NCBI GenBank assembly: GCA_002104945.1 | Contig: MCFH01000050.1 | Location: forward strand, 310,001-374,000 | Reading direction: 5' to 3' | From: Piromyces finnis finn | Taxonomy: Eukaryota; Fungi; Neocallimastigomycota | Length of the DNA: 64,000 nucleotides | Shown here: positions 55,351 to 64,000 of the stretch, in pieces | Numbering within the stretch: position 1 is the stretch's first letter | Layout of the letters: each line of letters starts with the position of its first letter | Notes under the pieces: generated by a model | Told to the model about the DNA's origin: nothing | The model's input: the letters and a program-made list of their open reading frames with translations, nothing else | Database searches by the model: none | Made by a program: the position numbers and the translations under genes

Positions 55351-58303
55351 TCAAGAGCAATCAATCATAATGTTGGAATAGTCAATATCCATCATATCAT
55401 CTAAAACCTTACCATTAACAAAAAGATGCATTCTTTTTATAGTAGTAATACTATTCATGTCGGAGGAATACGATTTGCTCTTTTGATCAACAAAGACTTT
55501 ATTTTGTTTTAACCATTCTTTCTCAATAAAATGTTGTAATGAACGCTGACTAAATAAATCAATTCGTATTGTTTTATAGTCAATATTACCCTTTAAAATT
55601 TTATAAAATATAATATATATTTATCAATAAGAGTATTAATATTATTTGACAATAGAATTATTATATGTATATATATATATATATATTATTTTTAAAAAAT
55701 ACATGTTCAAAGGATGCTTTTATATTAAATAGTTCTGGCTCATAGACAAGTATTTCTTGACCAATTAACTCAAAATTGTTGTTTAAATTATATATACTTA
55801 AAGCAATATAATGATTTGTTTCATCCACTGCGATAAAAGATCTTTTCATATAAAAATAATTAAAAAAAATAAATATAAATTATATAGTATAAACTATTAA
55901 TGTCTTTTAAATATATATATATATACCTATTGTAACCAAAAATCGAAGTAACCTCACTAATAATTCTTAATCTGATACATTTGTTGTTATTTTTTCCATT
56001 TTTTAATGACGAAATCATTAAAGATTCAAACTCCACTTCATCTTTTCTATCATCCTGCTTAGTTATTTCATTATCATTATTAAAATCTGGATTACTTTTG
56101 TCAATGCATTGCTTAAATGGATTATCTCTTCCCCATTCAATTTTCAAAAAATATTTATCTTTTATGTTACACTAAAATATGAAGTATGAAAAAACAAAAA
56201 TGGAAAAAGCCAATATAAAGTATTAGTTATGAATAAAATTGTTGTATAATTTATAAAAGTTCAATTATTATTTTATATTGTACGGTTATATTACTTTATT
56301 TTTTATTAATAATGACATTTTTTCTAAATACTGTTCTATTTTCTTTATTTTCTTTATATTTTTTTGAAACAGTTCTTCTAACGACGTAGAAAGAAATTGA
56401 TCCTGTTTATACACTTTTTCTTGTATATATTTATTAATAAGTTTAAGATCATTTATACCATTTTGATAATTTTCCATATATAAATTAGTCTTTAAAATAA
56501 ATTGTATTAGAATTTAAAGAAAATTATAAAGATATATATAAAGTATCGAAAAAATATCAAATATATCCATGAATTATATATAATACCGTCAATTTATTTA
56601 ATAGAATGTCTAAACTTTCTTCTTTAGAACAATGAGAAAACTAAATAATAATGTTATATATAAAATATGAAAAATATATATAATAATTCTTCTTTTATAT
56701 AATAAATTATAAACCTACTTACTGCTATTGTATATGCCTTCAATGAATTTCTTAAATCATTAATATCTCTAGTAATATTGAAAAAATTTTCTAAATAAGT
56801 TATACCTAAAGAAGCTATTTATTTTATATTATTATATATCAATATATAAATATCAAAATGGAAATAAAATAAAAAAAAAGCATTTATAACTTAGATAATT
56901 TAAAATACTTACCCCATGAAGAACTATTTTTAATATTATATTGTATAGATTTTTTTGATAATTCTATACTTTTTTCAATATTCCCTTTATATTCTAGATA
57001 ATCTTTAAAAAAAATTTAAAAATATTAAAATGAATATAAATAAAAAAATAATAAAAAATAAAAAAGAATAACAAAATAACAAAATAATTATGATCAATGT
57101 ATATTATATGTACTAGTTTTTATTTTTCGAAGTGTTAATGCCATATTATTCAATGTTTTTTCTGTTGGTTTCTTTTAAATATTGTCATTATCATATATAT
57201 ATAACATATATATTTTATTTATAAATATATTAAAAAAAATTAAGCATTAATATATTATCATTATTAATAAATATTTAAAATACAAGTTTAATATTCAATG
57301 AATATATTAAACTTACTATTTTCATAGCTCTATCAAGACAATGTTTAGCCAAAGTTAATTCAAGATTTGATGAAAATGTATTTGTTTTTGCTTAATAATT
57401 ATTTTTTTAAAAAATATATATATATATATATATATAAATATATATATTATTATTCATTTTTATATTTATCAATAAGATGATGTTGTTGTTGTTGTTTTAT
57501 CAGAATAATAATTATTATATACTATTATTACTTTTATTAAATGATTGATGATCCTCCGTTGAATTAAGTTTTTTTTTTAAAAGATGTTTTTTTAAATAAC
57601 ATTCTGCTAATTCTGACCAAGCTTCTGAAAGTAGTGGATTTAATTTAACAGCCATGGATAAATTCTTTTCTGATAAATGATGAAAATGATCAAATATATT
57701 GTAAAGATAACCTCTTAAATAATAATAATAAGCTTTTTGTTCATTAGAAAGGGTTGGATCAAACGTATGATAGGATAAATGTATATCAAAAGGTTTTATA
57801 TTTAATTTTTCTTTTTCAACGATCCAATCTTTATCATTTTCAATGTCGAAATCATTTAAATACTTTTGAATTGTTTTTATTATATAATCACTATTTAAAT
57901 TATCTTTTTTCTTATTCTCCGTTTGACCTATTTTCTCTTCTCAATAAATGAATTTTAGCATAGAAATAATATCAATAATAATGATAATGATAATAATAAA
58001 ATATGTTGATTTAATTCCTTAAAAACTAACTATATATATATAGTATATAGTAAGGTATTCATAAATTTAAATAAATTTAAAAAGTTTTTCAATAATACTT
58101 TGGATTTTTTCGGGAATAAAAGGATGAATCCATCGTTTTGTTGGGAATTTAGTTAAAAAATCAAAAATATAAAGAATAATGTTCACATTAACTATCTTTC
58201 CTTTTGATGATAATTTAGGATATTCTAAATAAAGTTCTTGTATCATATGGTGTATAGCATCCGCATGTGTAGAAAAATCTAATGTTGGTGTTGTAAAATA
58301 CAT
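55351..58303 (-). CDS. TTC5: TTC5/STRAP-like TPR + C-terminal OB-fold protein; multi-exon
   Basis: Spliced translation follows TTC5 in order: KAYYYYLRGYLYNI, LSMAVKLNPLLSEAWSELAECY, KTLNNMALTLRKI, SSWASLGITYLENFF, SLKAYTIA, LDILLNK...YMENY, RSFIAVD...IALSIYN...IGQEILVYEP, DYKTIRID and LFVNGK. The first exon is less certain (ATG 58303, donor A|GTATTA near 58103). Confidence 0.75.
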
Positions 58304-58822
58304 CTTAATTTTCAATAAAAAAAAAAATCAAATTAGGTCTTAATCAATAGATCAATTTTTATTTTTCTTTTTTTTTTTTTTTTTTTTTTTTTTTTCTCCT
58401 TCCTGGTACTTCTTTATTATTATATTAAAAAAATGAAAAAAAAAAAAAAAAAAAAAAAAATTTCTTTTTTAAAATTTTTACATTTAAAGTTTAAAAAGAA
58501 TAAAAAAAACTACTCCGAACTATATTTCGAAAAATAATAATAAATATATATTATCTCTATAGTTATTAACAAAAAAAAAAAAAAGGTGTGACAATGAGAA
58601 AAAAATAATAATAATAATACTTTATTATTATTAAGATTTTGTTATAACATCTTGAATTTTTTTATTTTGTTTTATTTTTTTTTCTTTTTTTCTTTTATTT
58701 GTTTATTTATTCAATTCTATATGTATTATAGTTTTATTTGTATTTAATTTATAAAAAGAAAATATATAAAAATAAAATAGAATAATAAAAAAGAATATAT
58801 ATATATATATAAAAAAAAAAGC

Positions 58823-58889
<67 letters not shown>

Positions 58890-58891
58890 TA
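58823..58891. repeat. (TTA)n microsatellite
   Basis: Read directly from the sequence. Confidence 0.9.
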
Positions 58892-59019
58892 TATACTATT
58901 TTGTTTTTGTTGTTTTGTTTTTTTGCTTTTTTTACTAGTTTTGTTTTATTTTGCGTTGTTTGTTTGTTTACCTGCTTGCTTGATTTTGTTTTATTTTGTT
59001 TTTTTATCCTAATTGCTCG

Positions 59020-59185
59020 ATATTTTATTTATTTATTATTTATTTATTTATTATTTATTTATTTATTTATTATTTATTTATTTATTTATTTATTATTTAT
59101 TTATTTATTATTTATTTATTTATTTATTTATTATTTATTTATTTATTTATTATTTATTATTTATTTATTTATTTATTATTTATTT

Positions 59186-59217
<32 letters not shown>

Positions 59218-59222
59218 TTTTT

Positions 59223-59283
<61 letters not shown>

Positions 59284-59285
59284 TT
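59020..59285. repeat. Long (TTTA/TTA)n compound microsatellite
   Basis: Read directly from the sequence. It produces the spurious Y/L/F/I ORFs in the ORF track. Confidence 0.95.
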
Positions 59286-59714
59286 TGATTATTTTCATTT
59301 GCTAGTAAATAAAAACATTTAAAGAAAAAAAAAATTGTAATATGTAATATATATCTTAAGGCAGTAAATAAATATTAATTAAAAATATGGGTTGAAATAT
59401 ATATATATATATGTTATATGTTATGATATTGTAACTTATTAAAGTTTTTCTTTTTTTTTTTTTTTATTAAAAAAAAAATATAAACTTTAAATTCTATAAA
59501 TGAACAAACTTTATCAAAAAAGATTTATAGCCTTGTTCATCTTACATACCCTCATCACACACATATATAAATAATAAAAAATAAAATAAAAGGTAATACT
59601 TTATAATAAAGAAATAAAATATTTTAAAATGTGTGTAGTTGACAAATATTTATTAAAAACTGGGTTTAATTTATGTTGTTGTAATATATGGAATGTTATT
59701 AATAATGATAAGAA

Positions 59715-62700
59715 TTAAAGTTTGGCTAAAAGATCACCAGATCTAATTAAAATTCTTTGAAGTGCTAACTTCATCTTAAGATTATAGTCTTGTTCATCAG
59801 ATATACCATCACTATCGGTAGTAAAGTCTCTAATATCAGATTTTACATAATTTATATTTGGATATATAACAAATGCAACGGTATTAATAATATCTGGATA
59901 CATATTCTTAATATGCTTTTCAAACTGAAAAATATGATGAAAAAAAAAAAATTAGTTTTATTTTAATTATAGCATAAACTTTATATCTTATAAATTGCTC
60001 TCTTTAATTGATATTAAAAAAAAAAAAAAGGAATAATAATAATAGTTACTTTATCATCTGGGAATTCACTGATAGTATTTAAAATCTTTACTACAATTGG
60101 TTTCCATGAACGAATATTTCTCTTCTTAGTTTTATAATCTAAAGAGTTGTAAGTTCTTAAAATACTCATACATAATCTATTTAAATAACATAAAAAAAAA
60201 AAGATGATAATTAATTTTTAATTATGTCATTCAACAATAAAAAAAAAAAAAAAGAAAGAAAAAATAACAAAGCATCAACTTACGGAACTAATTTTTCTTC
60301 AATGTATTCCTTGTTAATATCATGATCTGGGTTTTGATCAAGATACATTCTTAAAAGAAGAGATATAGTAGCTGAAACAGAGGTAGTTTCTTGATTTAAT
60401 AAATTTGGTATTTGAGTCATAAAACCTTTAAAATAAAAATAAAATATATAAATATGTATTAGATTGGTTATTTTTTTTTTTTTTTTCATATTACTTATTT
60501 CATTCCTTTTAAAAATAAATATATTTATATAAAACTCAAATAGTCATACCTCCATAATACAAAGCTAAACGTAATTCTGCATTATTATTAAAGTCTCTGG
60601 AACGAACATAACTATCTGTTAAGCAATTTAACATAGCATAAATATGTTCAGAACTGAACTTATCATAAAGTTCGATCTTACCATTAATAATACTATTCAA
60701 AGTACGAACAAGCATTAATTGTAAGATACATTTAATAATAATTTGATGGAATGCACGTTCATTAAGTCTCTTTTGATCCTCAGTGACTGGGGTTGGAAGA
60801 TAACGATTAGAACTTGAAGAATCAATAGAATTAATACTAGCACTTGAAGAATTGCCATGACTGCGTCCTAATAAATCTAATGGCTTTCTCTTCATATACA
60901 TTTCCTTTAAAATGTTATTATATTCGGTGTCTGTGTCATCTCCACTATCAGAATTTTCTTCTTCTTCTTCTTCTTCTTCATTATCATCTTGTTCTATGAT
61001 AGATTCATTTTCTTCTTCTTCTGATGGTAACTTTTTTATTGGAGTTTCCATAATTTCACTTTCTTCTTTTGCAGTTTCTTTATCTTCTTCCTTTTCTTCT
61101 TCTTTAACTTCTTCAGAAGTTTCGGCTTCTTCAAGAGTTTTAGATGGAGTTTCAGTTGTTGGAGTCTTATCATTATTTTCTTCATTGGTAACTGTAGCTT
61201 CTTTATTTTCTTCCTCTGGTTCACCATTAATATCAGTTTCTTTCTTTGGTTCCTTTTCAGTAACTTTATCCTTCTTATTGGATTTCTCTCCCTTTCTTGC
61301 TTTCTTTCCCTTTCTCTTTCCTTTTCTTGCCTTCTTACCAAAACAGGCTTCAAACTCTTTTTCAAAACTTGTAATATCTGGAACAGAAGCCATTTGAGAA
61401 TTGGATGGTTGAGGACCAGTAATTAAAGTACCATCAAATAAACTATATGGTGTAGTGGCATCAAATAAAATAAGAATGGATCTACAAACCTTTTCACATA
61501 CTTTATCACTTAATTTATCAGTATTCATTTCTAAAAATTCTTGTAAACATGTACTACCAATCTTTGATAGAATTTCATTCTCTTGAGTAATGAAAACACC
61601 TAATAATTCAAGGAGTTCATCTATTAAGAACTCGAATTTATCATAATAGTAGGAGAATAAATCAATGAAATTACGTAAAGCCTTGATTAAAGTTGTTGAA
61701 AGCCAAATATTCATTTCTTCACTATTAGCAAATTTTGTCTTTCTGGAACGAGTAAGCTTCAAATCATCAAAGATTGGGAAAAGAACACCACGAGTGATGA
61801 CATTCCAGAAATCTTTAGAGAAGTTATTACCATATTCTTTCAAGGTATCAAAAATGTAGTTTAAGGCTCTGGTTCTAACTTCAAGGTTACCCGTCATAAT
61901 GATTTCATAGAAACCAAAAAGAATTGGGAACCAGAAACGGTAGGAAGGATCATCATTGACTAAAGTCAATGGACTAATTGGTTGATCATTCAAATGTTCT
62001 TCAACATTATAAATACCAATACCTGGATGTTGCTCTTCTTCCTTAGTTTGAGAAGATGGAATATGAATGTCTGGACGAGTGTAACATAATTCTCTAACTG
62101 CTGGAGTACCAGAAAGTTCAATAATTAATGGAATGGTTTCCTTAATCATATTGACTGCTTGTAAACCAATTTGTTCAGATTTACGATTTTTGGCAAATGC
62201 AACGCAACAAGTGATGAAATCAGAGAAAGCATTGTTTTCAACAATAGTACTAAATTGTTCCTTATACACAGACTTGAGAATATCAAAAGACATCTTAATA
62301 ATATTAAAGTTTTCTTGACTAGAGGAATTTGAATCGGTGAAATTTTCTCTGGCAGCTTCAGTTAAAACACCAAGAATGGCCTTGTAACCAGAACGAATAG
62401 TGGTTAATTTGGCTTGAATCATTTGAAGAAGACAGGTTAAAACCATATCTTTAATAATAATGTTTTTAGTGTGAGCCATTGTATATTCAAATGGCTTTAA
62501 GAAATCTTTTTGGAACTTATAATTTGGTAATTCTTCCATTTCCAAGAATTTCATGGAAAGTTGACGTAACTTATCTAATGCAAACATACTTACAGTAATA
62601 TTTTCATGGGAAGCAACTTGATTAAAATGTTCACCAAGAATATTCCAAATATGTGTCCATTCAACACGAATACGACTCATATTGTAGTAACTAATTTCAA

Positions 62701-64000
62701 CTAACTTTTGAAGACTGAACATACGTGGATGCTTACTGTTAGCAGTAGACTGAATTTCATTCATAGAAACTTCGCAAAGTGCTTTAACAAATTGAACAAT
62801 TGATGAAGCAGATAACTTGACAGAATTAGTGAAAATCTTATCTACCATGACAACCATAGTTTGAGAACCTGTTTCTTCAGCAAATTCTTCTGCTAAAGCC
62901 TTATGATCAACCTTTTGTGGGAATTGTGGTTTATTAAAGTTCAAGGTAGTACCAACAACCATTTGAAGGGTAGCTGGTAATATATTATTAATATTATTAA
63001 TTGGTTTCTTTGTTTCAATAATATCAAGGGCCTTAGAAGAATCTGGATTATCCATACCAAGACTACCACCAAGAAGTTGTAATTTATCTAACTGGCTAAT
63101 GCATACACAAACCTCCTTCCAACAATCATCAAGATAATTACTTTCAACACATGCTATTTCTAATAAATATTTCATAGCTTCAATATTCTTTGGCTTCAAT
63201 TCGGACATATTATTAAGTTGAGTAAAACGAGAAACAGTAGAAATAAAAGCCTTTCTTTCTAATTCCATATCAAATTGGCACACAAGATAAAGAGAATATT
63301 TGAACCCATCAAGTGACATATTAACAATTTCTGGATCATCACTTTCTTGGATTGGAGCACTAAGACCAGTTAAAATAGCCATCCAACTAACTTCAATCAT
63401 AGATTTAATATGTTCATGGTGAGTAGCGGTATACCAAGTCTTATCATCATCATCAGAACCTTGGAAAATAGAACCGGTCTTATTCTTAATACGATAGAAT
63501 TCAGCTTCTGTTTTAATAGCTAAATCTTCACTAGCAAAGGCCAAATCCTTCTTATTACGACGAATGTAATATTTTGATCCATCTTGAACGGTCTGATCCA
63601 TACTGCCTTTATTACCTTCATCTTCTTCATCGAGTGGCTCATTATTACCAGTCATTTTTGCTGCTTGAGCCTTTTTATCATTCATAACAATTTCATTATT
63701 ATGAATATCATCATAAATAGCTTCTAAAAAGTCCTTTGGTAAATCCTTACCTTCATCAATACCTCTATTATTCTTAACGAATTCAGCCTTGGTCATTCTA
63801 TTCTTAACTTGATCATTATGTAAATCGGTATTAAGCATAACAACAGAATAAGCTAAAACATAAGCAGTATCAGCACTACTGAAAGTTTGTGGATTACCCT
63901 TTAAATATCTTTCAGCAAACTTTAACATAAATCTATCAATTTTTTGGGCTTCACCAGGAAGTCTGAAACTTTGTAAAAATACACGAAGAGCAGTTACAAA
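59715..64000 (-). CDS. SEC7: Sec7/BIG-family large ARF guanine-nucleotide exchange factor, 3' part (5' end outside the window)
   Basis: Sec7 domain motifs FRLPGEAQKIDRFM and YVLAYSVVMLNTDLHN. HDS motifs PRMFSLQKLVEISYYNMSRIRVEW, FALDKLRQLSMKF, FQKDFLKPF, FWFPILF and LEVRTRAL. The large exon ends at 60550, followed by exons near 60426-60284, 60177-60050 and 59925-59715. Confidence 0.96.

Noticed and set aside
57930-58080. In-frame TGA/TAA near the TTC5 5' end, suggesting selenocysteine, readthrough or a pseudogene
   Set aside because: A canonical phase-1 intron (A|GTATTA ... ATAG|GT) removes both stops.
58901-59322. Three Y/L/F/I-rich ORFs
   Set aside because: Translations of the TTTA microsatellite.
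60912-62318. Antisense and alternate-frame ORFs within SEC7
   Set aside because: Produced by low-complexity Glu/Lys codons and codon bias.

Overview
This is a very AT-rich, intron-containing eukaryotic window. It is almost certainly from an anaerobic gut fungus (Neocallimastigomycota), inferred from a GH48 cellulase carrying two fungal dockerins and from intergenic DNA that is nearly pure A/T. I reconstructed exon structures by hand for these genes, in order: the start of an unknown gene, an intronless EcKL/APH-like small-molecule kinase, PTAR1, trifunctional FOL1, a Cys-rich GPI-anchored protein, ADAT1/Tad1, a casein kinase I with a large insertion, cellulosomal Cel48, a BRSK/Cdr2-type kinase, UBE2J1/Ubc6, an orphan 719-aa nuclear protein, a TTC5 homologue and the 3' part of SEC7/BIG. 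Non-genic features are a decayed non-LTR retrotransposon 3' end with a perfect 20-bp hairpin upstream of cel48, an ankyrin-repeat pseudogene and many microsatellites. I saw no tRNA, rRNA, CRISPR array or intact mobile element, and no clear new multi-gene system. The best leads are the orphan putative transcription factor, a possible dual-start hydrogenosome-targeted FOL1, a fungal TTC5, the CK1 insertion, the possibly horizontally acquired EcKL kinase, and unusual splicing (a GC-AG intron and many AAG/poly-A acceptors). All homology calls are from motif recognition, not database searches.
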